Assembly: GCA_008632985.1 (NCBI GenBank)
Contig: QPGO01000094.1
Coordinates: forward strand, 106,721 to 170,720
Length of the DNA: 64,000 nucleotides
Reading direction: 5' to 3'
From: Psammoneis japonica
Lineage: Eukaryota
This document shows positions 25,350-36,556 of the stretch, one piece after another. The notes under the pieces are model-generated. The model ran no database searches. It was not told the DNA's origin and saw only the letters and a list, made by a program, of their open reading frames with translations. Each line of letters opens with the position of its first letter. The first letter of the stretch is position 1. The position numbers and the translations under genes were made by a program.

Positions 25350-27290
25350 CAATGAAGATGAAGATGGCGGTCAAGCATGAGCAACAACCTTCCATTTGAC
25401 TTTGCCCTTGAAGGTTGATTTGGCTTTGCTGCTGGCCACTTCCACAACAACATTTGCCACAGATGGTGGCTTGATGAAGTCATGTTTGTTGTTTGTCATG
25501 CAGCAGAAGGTGCGGTCATCAACTCTGACATTGAAGGAGTCGGCGTTGAAGTTGTGATCACGGTGATCTTTGCAGTGGCAGCCATGTGAGCAGGGTGTGG
25601 TTTGGCATGTGGCAGGCTGTGATTTGAGGCCCATGAGTTGGAGTGCAGCTCCATTGCACACTGTGGAGCATTGGCATTTTCATCAGATGCAGCGCCTGTT
25701 GGTCTTGAGACAGTTGCTTGGGTTTTCTTGGTGGTCTGCGACTTGTCAGGAAGCACTCCATTGCTCGTCACAGCCAGGAACACAGGAGTGGAAAGGAGAG
25801 TGGCCAACTCAACAGTTCTGCCATTGTGCAGCAGATCATGTTGAGTGCACAAGAGAATGGCAGGAAGACTGCACATGTGCCGCAAAGCAGCCACAACTGC
25901 AAGCAGTGCTTGACTTGTTGTTGTGCAGTGCTGGCCAACACTTGCCCTTCATCTGACACATCTTGTGCACCAATGTTTGCCATGGAAGCAGTCAGGTCTG
26001 ATTCATCCTTGTCCATGATGGAGGTGCAATCCTTGGCAAGGTGTGAAGCCCAGCATTTGTGCAACTTGCAGTGCTTGCATGTGCAACCCTCTGCTGTCTT
26101 GGCATGTGGGTGTCCCTCTTTTGGAGTGGTGTTGCACCAGGCATGTTTTCTGGAGAACAGATGCTTCTTGCACCCATCAGACAGGATCTTCAATTTCACC
26201 CCACAAGAGACATGCCTCAAAATGTTCTGCTTCCTCTTTGATCAAAATGCTTCCCAACCCATCAAAGGTTCTGGGTGCTGCTGAGCTCAGCCTGCCTCTC
26301 CACAATGTCCGGATGGCTGTCCTGGAGCCGGCATGCAGATCCAGTCTGATTGACACACTGCAGCACCTGCTGCATTCTCAGGAGGTGCGGGCAAAACAAC
26401 CTTGCCATTCAAGCAATCTTGTCAGCCCTCATCACCTCAACTCTGCCCAAAGTGACGGCGCGTGCTTGCTTCCACATGGGTGCACCTTTTTTCGAATGGC
26501 AGCTGCCATGTTCCAAGACCCAAAGAGAAAGAGGGCACAGCAACACAACTCACGGAGAATTTCAGAGGTGACAGACCTGTTCCAAGAGTTCTTGATCTGG
26601 CAAAGATTGGTGACAAGAGATTGCTGCACCAGCTGCAGCCCCCCTGATCTGGATCACCAATGTTCTTCTTGTTCTTCTTGCAATCACTTTGTGTCTTCTT
26701 CCTTTTTTCCAGACTTGCAGCCCAGCATTGAAAGGTGAAGTCTGAAGATTTGGAGAATGAATTTCAGCCATTGTTCCAGAGTGGCAATGTGCCAGAAGAA
26801 TTGTCAGTGAGAGCCGGTGACTCTGCCAGTCTCCAGTCATGTGACACCATGCAACATTTAACAGCTGACCCAGATCCCAGCAAATCAGTTGCCTTGACAT
26901 CTGTGAATGTGGGTGGTGTCATTGATGGCGCACTTTGCAGGAACCAAAGTGGCGTGCCGCTGCACTGAAATGTCCCGGTGTTGAGCACAAGTCATTTTGC
27001 ACCATGTCTCTGCCACCTGCTGCATGCCTCTCAAGTCCAAATCACAGTTGATGTCATCTTCCTCCCTCATGTTGTCACAGCTGTTGTGCAAGATGAGTGC
27101 AGTGCTGCTGTGTCATGTGAGGCATGATGCTGCTGTTGTTTCTTGGCCGCTGCAATGGACTTCACAAGGGAGAATGCTGCCAGAGCTAAATCCAAGACAA
27201 TGCCAAAGTCCTCAACCCTTGACAACCTGCAACAACAAAACATCAAAACACCTTGAGTGTGAGCTGTGATGCACGGGGGTGGCAGGTGAG
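25350..27290 (-). mobile_element. Degenerate copia-like gag-protease relic, TpA-depleted (copy at ~41330-43270)
   Basis: CKHCKLHKCWASHLAKDC knuckle-like motif followed by protease-like DSFNVRVDD..CMTNNKHDF...GKVKW. Boundaries approximate. Confidence 0.5.
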
Positions 27291-27349
27291 GTCAGCATGG
27301 TTGTCATTTCAAAACATTTGTTCCAACTCCAGCAGCTGACAATGAGCGT

Positions 27350-28180
27350 CATGTCCCAAGAAGTGCGCTTCATTTTCATTGCCCTGTCATCAAAATTTTC
27401 TTCACCTTGTCTTCATAAAATTTTCTTCTGATGCAACACAAACATGTTTCCCCCACCAAGACAATGTGCAGAACTTTGCGCAAATGAGACAAATCGTCAA
27501 TCACCACATTTTTCATGCTGAGGCAGTGCATCACAAACAGAGTGTGCAGAATTGTGCTGAACATTCTCCACACTGAACCATCCATTCCAGCTCCAGCAAA
27601 CAATGCATGGTGTGTCCGAAGAAGTGTGTGTCCAATGGGAATCTTTCGAAAATCACCCGTGACGCAAAAAGCACAAAATGATTGTGGACACCTGCAGAAC
27701 CTGCACGTTTTTGTGCTGAAACTGTCATGTTCACACAATTTGTGCAAAAATGGACTTGACTGTTGTCGGGTCAGGTGTGTTTTTGCAAATGCATTGAAGA
27801 AAAACACACCTGGTCAGAAAACAGTCAAGTCCATTTTTTGCAAAGTTAAAATTCACCAAGGACAGACAGACAGACTTTTCAACAATTGTCTTGGTGCTGT
27901 TCTGCACACTTCTGCGCAAATGACTCCACAGCATGAAAGATTGCTGTTCATTTTCATTGCCCCACCATCAATTTCTCCTTCACCTTTCTTGGTGTGGGAA
28001 GCATGTTTGCAATGCATCAGAGGAAAACTTTGTGAAGACAAGGAGGAGAAATTGCTCCTCCACCTTTCTTGGCACCGGAAACATGTTTGTGATGCATCAG
28101 AGGAAAACTTCATGAAGACAAGGAGGAGAAATTGATGATGGGGCAATGAAAATGACATGCACTTCTTCGGACACATCATC
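27350..28180. repeat. Foldback-like structure with ~100-bp inverted arms and an internal ~98-bp hairpin (copy at ~43332-44162)
   Basis: ~27371-27451 is the reverse complement of ~28077-28154. Hairpin at 27744-27841: gcaaaaatggacttgactgtt...caggtgtgttttt / aaaaacacacctg...aacagtcaagtccattttttgc. Confidence 0.8.
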
Positions 28181-30604
28181 ATTTTTCATTGCAATGCACT
28201 GCCTTTGCTGCAGTGTGAAAAATGATGTGTTTTGCCGATTTGTCGGCAATTTTTTCATGTTCGTGGCCGGTTGAAGGAAAAGAGAAAAAAAGAGGGGATT
28301 CGACCATTGAACACACACACAATTGACCATGCAACCAGGGCCAGAGTTGTGCTGGCTTCTTTTGGTCCAGGGTGGTTGCTGCAGGTGCAAAGAGATGTGA
28401 CACTGAGTGTGTGCCACCAAGCTGAGCAGCCCAGCTTGGGTGTCAGAGCCAAGCCCTGCCAGGCCAGCTGCCCTGGCTCCAGCTCTGCTCCTCCCAGTGT
28501 GCGCGAATTGTTGAAGGAGCACCACATTGACTCAAAGGCTGTGTTTTAAGTGGGCAGAGAGAAAAAAACTGTCATCTTGACTGGTGCTTGCTTCAGACCC
28601 TGCATCATGAGTGCAAGCTCCTCTTGAGAAACAAGCAAGAACAGCCATTTTTGGTGCCTCTCTTTGGTTGCCCACTTGGCCGCATTGCCAACAAATCTTG
28701 AACCCAACTTTGCTCACAGTTTCTTCACTCTTCAACCACAAAACAAATGGTGGGCACATGCCATGTGGCTGCTTGGCAACAAGAATGTGATGCCAAGCAT
28801 GTGCTGCACACCAAGGAGCCAAGCAGCCCAGCTCAGCTTTGAATGGAGCCCCAGGACAGCAGCCAACTCTGGGTGATCTCAGCATGGTTTGCTTGTTCAA
28901 GCTGTGCTGCACTCACCCCACAATGCTCTGTGTTGTGGTGGCTTCTTGTTGCAAGCCGTGGCTGAGTCAGCAGCCAGCGCCAGGGGCCCATCTTGCAAAG
29001 GCCAAACACACATGTTGACCCTGTGCAAAGCTGTGTGAGGGGCCAGGCACAGGAATTTGAAACAATGGCTTCACAGCCATTGGTCCCAAGTTGTCATTTG
29101 GTTGGGAGCCATTGCTGAGGGGCTGTGAAGTGAGGGGTTGGGAGCCCAGCCAGGAGCTCACACTCTGTCACAAAGTGCTGCCACAGCTGTCTTTGCATTG
29201 CAGCCAGCCAGGTGTGGTTGACCCCAAGTTGGTGCTTGATTTAGAGTGACTGCCAAGGAGCTGTGAAGTGTGGGGTTGGGCAGTCCAGCCAGCTCGCACT
29301 CTTTGCTGACAGCAGAAAGTGCTGTCGCAGCTGTCCTTGCATTGTGGTGCCAGCCAGGTGCACACATGGCCAGAGCAGCCTTGGCACGTCCTGCTGACAA
29401 AGCTGGCAAAGATGGCAACTCTTGTGGTTGAGCCACCTGGCATGCAGGAGTTCTGGGCACACTCCTGGGAAGTCAAATGGGAAGGAGGGCTCAGCATTGC
29501 CGCCAGTGCCAGGCACAAATGTCAGCTTGTCTTGAGAGAGATTTGAGCCCACACAGCCCCAAGTTGGGTGTCTTGGCTGGCAAGTTAGAAAGCATTCTTG
29601 AGCACATTCTGGGATGTGGGCAGCACTGTCACCAAGAGAGCTGCTCTGCAGAGGAAGAGGGAAACAGGCAACAACATTTTGCAAGAACTGTTTTGTGTCA
29701 ATGGTTGGGTGGGATGGGGCAGCATCTGGACTTTGACGGAGCATTTGGTGGACAAAGCTTGAGCACAGAGAGCTGTCCACTCAAGCTCCACAAGTGGCAC
29801 ATTTCAAAGGTGACACCAATGTGTTCATGCATCAACATGCCTCAAGCTGCAAGTCGCACAAAAAACTGCCACCAACCTTTCTCAACCAACCACCATCATG
29901 GACAGAACAGGTCAAGAGGTTCGAAACAAGAGTGATTGCTTCATTGACTCTCTTCTTGTTTCATGCATTCAAGAGCTTGTTCTTGTCCTTCTCAGGTGTT
30001 TGTTGTGCATTGTTGTCTCTTTTAATTCAAGTGCAAAGAGGAGTCACTTTTCTTGTTTCTGTCTCTTGAGATGTTGTTGGTTGTTGAGTGATGCAATTTT
30101 TGTTGCTTGTCACATTTTTGGAAATGTTGGCAAACCCGATCACTGCTTGATTGTCAGCCCATTTGCTGCTTTGAGTCTCCATGGCATGAAATGCCACAAT
30201 TCCAGAGCCCTCAATTGTTTCATCAAACGCAGTGCTTTGAAACACGTCCAACATCAACTCGACTCAGTTGAAATCCCAGTTTGTGGGCGATGAAAAATCA
30301 CGAATGTCAAACAAATGGCTGTTTTCGACATCAAGATCCCCGAGTTCAATCCAAGTGTGGCGGCGCACCTCACAGCTTGTGGCCATGACGCACACAAGCA
30401 TGCCTCATTGTTGTCATCACATGTGCTCACATCGAAAATGCCAACAGATCAAAGTTCAGGAAAAGGATGGAGCGCAAATTCATTTGTGCATTCACCAGAG
30501 CGGCACTGGCGCAATGACACCTGCGGCAGAAGCGATCAAAAATCCTCACTCATCGTTGACATTTTGTGTTGCTCAGAATTTGAAATCTGACCACCACCGT
30601 CAAG

Positions 30605-30738
30605 CATTTAGCTTTCTTTGTGTCGAAGTGGAAATGACACTCAACGATTTACACTGACCATTTAGCTTTCTTTGTGTCGAAGTGGAAATGACACTCAACG
30701 ATTTACACCAACCATTTAGCTGTACTTTGGCTCGAAGT
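30605..30738. repeat. 54-bp tandem repeat, two copies plus a partial (copy at ~46587-46720)
   Basis: catttagctttctttgtgtcgaagtggaaatgacactcaacgatttacac at 30605 and 30659. Confidence 0.9.
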
Positions 30739-31119
30739 CAGACAATGAGATTGGGTTATGGGCTTGTCGTTAACCAGCCACGAGCATGAAATCTTTACCG
30801 ATTTGTCTCATCTACGTTCTGTGTATGTAGTATTCAGTATCATCTTGGTAATGTTTCCCGATTTGTCTCATCTACGTGAAGTCCTGCGCACTATCCTAGT
30901 ACGGGAAACACATCTTTTTCATACTAAGGCAGTACGTTAAAAATAGAGTATGTAGAATTATACTGAACATTCTCCGTACTGAACTATCCGTTCAAATGGC
31001 GCGCCGTCGCTCTTGACAAACGAACGAAAAACCCCAAACCGCAGACAGCAAAAAACGTAAACACGCAACGTCGCTTAGCTTCCAGCTTCTTTGGTCCGGA
31101 CGAGATACAATAGATAACG

Positions 31120-34100
31120 ATGTCAACGAGGAGAGACACAGCGACGGGAGAGCATCTATCAGTCACACGTTCGGATGTCAAGATCAATTACGAAGGCGTA
31201 GTTAGCAAAGAAGAGTTCTACCGCAAGCACGATGAGCTTCTTCAAGGAGCCCATCAGATTTGCAAGACAATGAGCCGTGCGTCCGCTCGAGAAACAGTCC
31301 TGCTCATAGGACTGCTGAACGACATCAATACAGCGGTTATCGCCAAGGGAGCCTACAATGATGCGGTGCAGCGGTTGGGTCCACTAGGAAAAATTCTTAT
31401 GCCCGCCTGGAACACGAGAGAACATTGGCGCGCGGACCCCGGGGTTTCTTCTGGACTTCGTTTTGATACTCTGAAAAGGAAAGCAAGAGAAGTCTTGGTG
31501 ATGGAGGACATATATGAGGTTGCCATCAGCAAAGCAAAGGAGATTCCAGACTGCAACATGAGAAAACTAAAGACGGCGATGTCGGCGTATTATTTCAGAG
31601 CGGAAAGCCTTGACCTTCTATTGCCATGCTCCGAGGTATCGCCGCCGGCAGCGACTGGAGAATTGGTGATGGCCGCCCAGAATCCTCATATTGGGATTCC
31701 GTCTTACAATTTTGTCGGAGGAGCGCAGCTTGGCCGCAATTACGGTCAAATGGAAGGAATGGTGAGATGTTTTCCAATGGTGATTGAAATGCAACGACAG
31801 ACGCTTGAACGAGAGCGGGAGCTACGCGATCGAGCTGAAGCACGGCAGGCGGATCAACAAAAAAGGGAGCGGGAGCTACGCGATCGAGCTGAAGCAAGGG
31901 AGCGAGAGCTACGCGATCGAGCTGAAGCACGGCAGGCGGATCAACAAAAAAGGGAGCGGGAGCTACGCGATCGAGCTGAAGCAAGGGAGCGAGAGCAACA
32001 CGATCGAGCTGAAGCACGGCAGGCGGATCAACAAAAAAGGGACGAGCAGAAAGAAGCCAAGTATCGCCAAGAGACCGATCGGGCGAATAGCGCCCACATC
32101 AACACCTTGCTCAAGCAAAACAACATCGCAAACGCGCAAAACCAGAAGTTGTTGGGGCTGATGACGAGCGAGTTTGGGAAGATCAGCAAGTCTTTGGACA
32201 TCATCACTGAGCAAGGACAAGAATCGGAACAACGTCAGAACCAGATATTGATGACTGTGAAGAAGCCACCAAATCCTACCCTCCGCCCTTCTTTCACTGG
32301 TGATAATGATGGAGTTCGCAATCTCTTTCATGATCAGGTGAGCAAGCAAAAGATTGTGTTGGTTGTCGTCCTGTGCAGCATTATCAAATATATTCACCCC
32401 CGTTTTGTCTTTATTCTACTCTACAATACGTGTACAGGTATCCAAGGATGACTCGTCCACGCCCGACCAGAATAAACCTGGTGCAAAAGGTGTTGATAAG
32501 CCAAATGATCCGGAGTCGTTCAAAACTCCCATGACCAAGTGTGCTGTTGGGAATAAGGTACGTAGCCAAGCCACATTTATGTTATCGTCCTGCGTTGCCT
32601 CTTTGTATAATGTTACCGCATCAGATTTATTCACGCCCTTTTTTGACTTCTGTTCTACTTATGAAGGCCTCATTGGACGATGGTGCGAAAAGCTCCGGTC
32701 TCGGTGCGCCAAAGAACATTGGGAATAAGGTATGCAAGCGTCCACTACGTATCGTCCTGCTTTGGCTCTGGTATCATTAACACATTTATTTAACCCCGTT
32801 GTGCTTTTATCCTACTCTCTAGCTGGAGTTCGGCATGTCCCCTCCCATGGACGATCTTGTCGACCTAAAGGATGACGATGACTCAGTTGTGTCCGTCACT
32901 TACTTGTCGACGTCCAGTGTCAGAAAACCCCCGTCATTGGACGACGGTGCGAAACGCGCCTGCACCGGCACGCCGAAGAATATTGGGAATAAGGTATGCA
33001 AGCTATCACTACTACGTATCGTCCTGTTTTGACTCTTGTATCATCATCACATTTATTCACCCCCATTGGGCTTTTATCCTACTATAGCTGGAGTTCGGCG
33101 TATCCCCTCCTCCTTCTCCAACCCTGGACGACCTTGTGAAGCCGAACTTGTTGAACGAGATGTTCAACACCTGCATGACGGAGGAACGGGAGTTCTTGCC
33201 ACAGAAGCAATTGGAGAAACTGGAAGGCGTTCACGAAGAGGTTTTGGAGGGTGGGTTCACATTTCCGCCGGTACTGTGCAGCGACCCAGACATAAGCCTT
33301 TCTAGGCTTGCTTCAGCCCTGGGCCAGAACAACGACAAGCGGCCCACTCTAGGAAGCGTGGTGTTTCGATTGGCCGACTCCTTCCTATACTTTTCGGAAA
33401 ATGAGGTCGACCCGTCCTCCTCAATGGAAGAGGATGATTCTCTAACTTTGGCAGTGGCATTCCAGGGCATGAGGTATCGTGTGGCCAATTCAATTGAAAT
33501 CTCATTTCTCAACGGCGATGAGGCCACAATTGAACTCGTAAGCATGGATCAGTTTGGATCCTCTGAGGCTTTGAGTCGCCTTGTGGAGACGCTGGTAGGA
33601 ATTGAGAGCATCGAGAAACTCACCTTTGCCAGTTCTGTGCGCAACGGCACCACTGTGCTTCCGATCAAGGCGGACGCTTTCAAGAAGCTTGCGAACGCTT
33701 CATTCACGATAGAGCTTCAGGCGGTCGACCTGACTGATGAGCAACAGTACATGTTGGCGAGAAGCAGCGCACCTTGGACGTTTGACCGTTGCAGCTGGAA
33801 CAATAATGCTTTCCTTTTCACAGGGCATGCTCGTTTCACTGAGTCGCCTTTGAAGCTCAGATTCGTTCAAGGATTGCTCTCCAGCAACGGTGATGTCAAA
33901 ATAGGCCTTGGAAACCTCACGCGAATAACAGAGGCTGGCAAACTGGGTAGCCTTCATATCGAGCGCCTAAAGCTACAGCAGGGAGAGGAGGAAACATTCA
34001 AGGCACTCTACGACGCAGCCAAGGAGAGCGATTGTAATTTCACCTTCAAAGATGTCGCGCATGAAACGCTAGGCTCGAAGGGGCTGAGAAAGTTCGTCGA

Positions 34101-35097
34101 GATTCCCAAGCTTGGAACCGCGGTCATGCCTCCGGCAGAGACAGCAGCCAATTCTTTTTCCGCAACAATGCCGACGGCCGACAAGTCATCCGCGTCCTCG
34201 ACAGTTGACAAGAAGGAGGACGCCGCTCCGACACCCGCACCAGCTGCCGCAGCTGATGGAGAAAAGGTATGTCTGTTTGATGTCTCCATCATGCTGTTAA
34301 ACGACAGAGCTTCTAACGCGTGTCTCGATTTTGTTTTTTCCAATTTGCAGAAGAAAGCACATGTTACTTCGGCGTTCACCGCCGAAAAACAAGCGGTCGA
34401 GTCCACCACCGCCAACGAGAAGATTACTTTGATTTTCAGGGAAAAGGCAATGAAGAAAAAAGTTACGGTCAATTGCAAAGCCACCATGCAAGGCGCTTTC
34501 AATGCATACAAGGAGGGAAGAATTGATGTAAAGTCTCCCGACCAGTTTATCTTCAAGTTCGACGGCTTTGAAGTCGAACCTACGTCAACACCAGAATTGT
34601 TGAAGATGGCGGACGGCTACATGCTTGACGTGGAAGTCAAAAAAGGCACAAGGGTGCAAGTTCAGCAAGAGACCATTGAAATATTGGATTCCGATGAGGA
34701 TGAGACGGTGGAACCCACTCGTCCGAATGTTGTCGAGAAATGTTTCATTAGCGGCTGCATGTATCCCGAAGTCTCAGGAACTCACAAATGCCATCTCAAG
34801 AGCTGCGAAAACCACATTCATCATCTTTGCGCTGATTACTATGATCTGCGGGTCGGAGAGGAGCTTAATGTGTATTGTTGCCGCGAGCACCTTATTTCCG
34901 CTGAAGGCGATGAAGCTGACGTGGACAACGCGAAAGGAGACGAAGGCATTGACGCGGACGAAGCCGGCGGCCTACTAGCAGCAGAGGATGAGAAAGCCAA
35001 GTGCGCCGGGGTAACCCTGAAGGGCACCCCCTGCCAACGTTACCCCTTGACGGGGGAACAGTACTGCAAGGACCATGGAGAAACATCTGAATTATGA
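31120..35097 (+). CDS. ~1165-aa six-exon protein: coiled-coil repeats, SUMO-like domain, acidic SIM-like motif and two Cys/His fingers. Exons 31120-32337, 32438-32557, 32667-32729, 32823-32993, 33088-34266, 34351-35097
   Basis: Five phase-0 GT-AG introns; the first four join the 443-aa and 653-aa ORFs in frame and the fifth lies within the 653-aa ORF. FKFDGFEVEPTSTPELLKMADGYMLDV resembles SUMO/Rad60-SLD. C-terminus CAGVTLKGTPC...YCKDH. Confidence 0.8.
31810..32045 (+). repeat. Coding tandem repeat (RERELRDRAEARQADQQK / RERELRDRAEA)
   Basis: Repeated gagctacgcgatcgagctgaagca and cggcaggcggatcaacaaaaaaggga. Confidence 0.95.
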
Positions 35098-35695
35098 GCA
35101 CGAGATTGTATCTCGTCCTCACAGTAGATAGCAATTGAAGTGTTGTGACTTCAGTTGGGAATATTATAAAATCAATAAACTCATTATTGCAAATCAAATC
35201 ACCACTGTAAGATTCTAGACTATGACACTAGACTATTACAACAAATGGACAGACGTAGAGCCCATAGTCAAGGGTGACAAAGGCCAATCGCCCTGCCGGT
35301 ACAGCAGTTGTATTCCTCTGGTAGTGCGCTTTGACTTTGGGCAGAGGAGGGTGTCTCGTTTATTGCTACTTCCGGATTCCCAAGGCAACCCCTTCCATGT
35401 GGCCCACATTCGCGTGTCTGTTGAATTCGATTTCGCTACACCTTCACTCCAGTACAAGTTGCAAGACGTGCAATTGCTCGTGGAACCCTATGCCATTTCT
35501 GTTCAGGGTGTGGCTCACTTTCTCCAGGGTTTTTTTCTCCACCATAACAACGAATTGCCACAATCCTCTCCTCGTCCTGCACAGAGGCAAGACTTTTCTA
35601 GGAATCATGGGACGCCAAGAAATTTGTCAAGGACACGAGTAGTACGGGCTTGTCGGCGGCGCTTCCAGAAGAACAGACAGATCTATTCCAGAATG

Positions 35696-35804
35696 TGACA
35701 GACATCCGAGACGGGGAGTACACTCCCTTGTGTCGGACAGACTAGCATAGACAGCATGGAGAGATCCGATGATCTCTCCTTTGCTCACTTTCTTTCTCAT
35801 CTAG
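35696..35804 (+). mobile_element. Solo LTR of the copia element found in unit 2
   Basis: Identical to 51677-51785 and 58569-58677. Its left flank matches the 5' LTR flank and its right flank matches the 3' LTR flank. Confidence 0.93.
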
Positions 35805-36113
35805 TAGGCAACGGCACAAGACCGCCACGTGGACCACCGCCGCCTCCGCCCAGAAGCGACAAGACTACCACTAGCTAGAGCGGGTCCACCACCCAAATAT
35901 GACAGGGCAAGAAATTTGACGACTTGCATTTCCACCAAGCCTTACAATCCCAATGACTATATCATTGAAACGAGAAAGCGTTGGGTCAATCCTCGGTTCT
36001 TGACGCAACAATGAGGGGTGGGGTTCGTATTTAGAAGCTAGAAACTTCTTCTCTCTAGCCAGCTAGCTAGCGAACTAAGTAGCTGTCTTGTTGTTGCTGT
36101 AGCTCCTCTTTGG

Positions 36114-36556
36114 ATGTTGCTGCGATGTCCTCGAGCCATTCGGAATCGAGACCGTGTGAAAATTGCGCCACTCGCGACGCAAACCGTTGGTGTGGCTTTA
36201 TTCTTTCCGCCATACTTTTACGTCTATGAGGCTTTTGAATCATTGATGGCGCTGAGGGGTAAGGTCACGGCCTTTGAAAGTGTAACCGAGAAGAATCTGT
36301 TACGAAATTGTGCACTAACGTCATTTTGTTTTTCTTTCGTCACGACTTGGAAAAAAATTTATGAACAGTTCCTGTAATGGCGAACGCTTATTTGAATTTG
36401 AAGGAGCAGATTGCGTCGGTGCTTTTGATGCAGTACTATATCTGGCCCCTGGCAAACTGGATAAATTTCACCTATGTGCCGGAAAATCTTCGTGTTCTGG
36501 TCAGCAACGTTGTCGCCGTTTTCTGGAATGCACTGTTGTGTACCCTGGTTGCCTGA
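36114..36556 (+). other. 5'-truncated Mpv17 copy fused in frame to an upstream ATG at the repeat junction
   Basis: MLLRCPRAIRNRDRVKIAPLAT followed by QTVGVALFFPP...; the intron and second exon are retained. Confidence 0.55.

Larger units (their letters stand above)
20194..36179 (+). repeat. Tandem segmental repeat, unit 1 (15,986 bp)
   Basis: Sequence starting caaaccgttggtgtggc recurs at 36180 and 59053; the ORF track repeats with an offset of ~15,986. Confidence 0.97.

Noticed and set aside
29120..29360. Degenerate ~137-bp direct repeat
   Set aside because: Real but only two diverged copies inside relic DNA; no function can be inferred.
25350..30700. Stop-codon reassignment or an alternative genetic code
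   Set aside because: The depletion is independent of frame and strand, and neighbouring genes use the standard code with normal Tyr.
30605..30880. CRISPR-like repeat array
   Set aside because: Only 2-3 adjacent copies, no series of unique spacers, no cas genes, and a eukaryotic context.
35222..35698. 158-aa plus-strand ORF and overlapping minus-strand ORFs
   Set aside because: No recognisable motifs, and the ORF ends on the first bases of the LTR.
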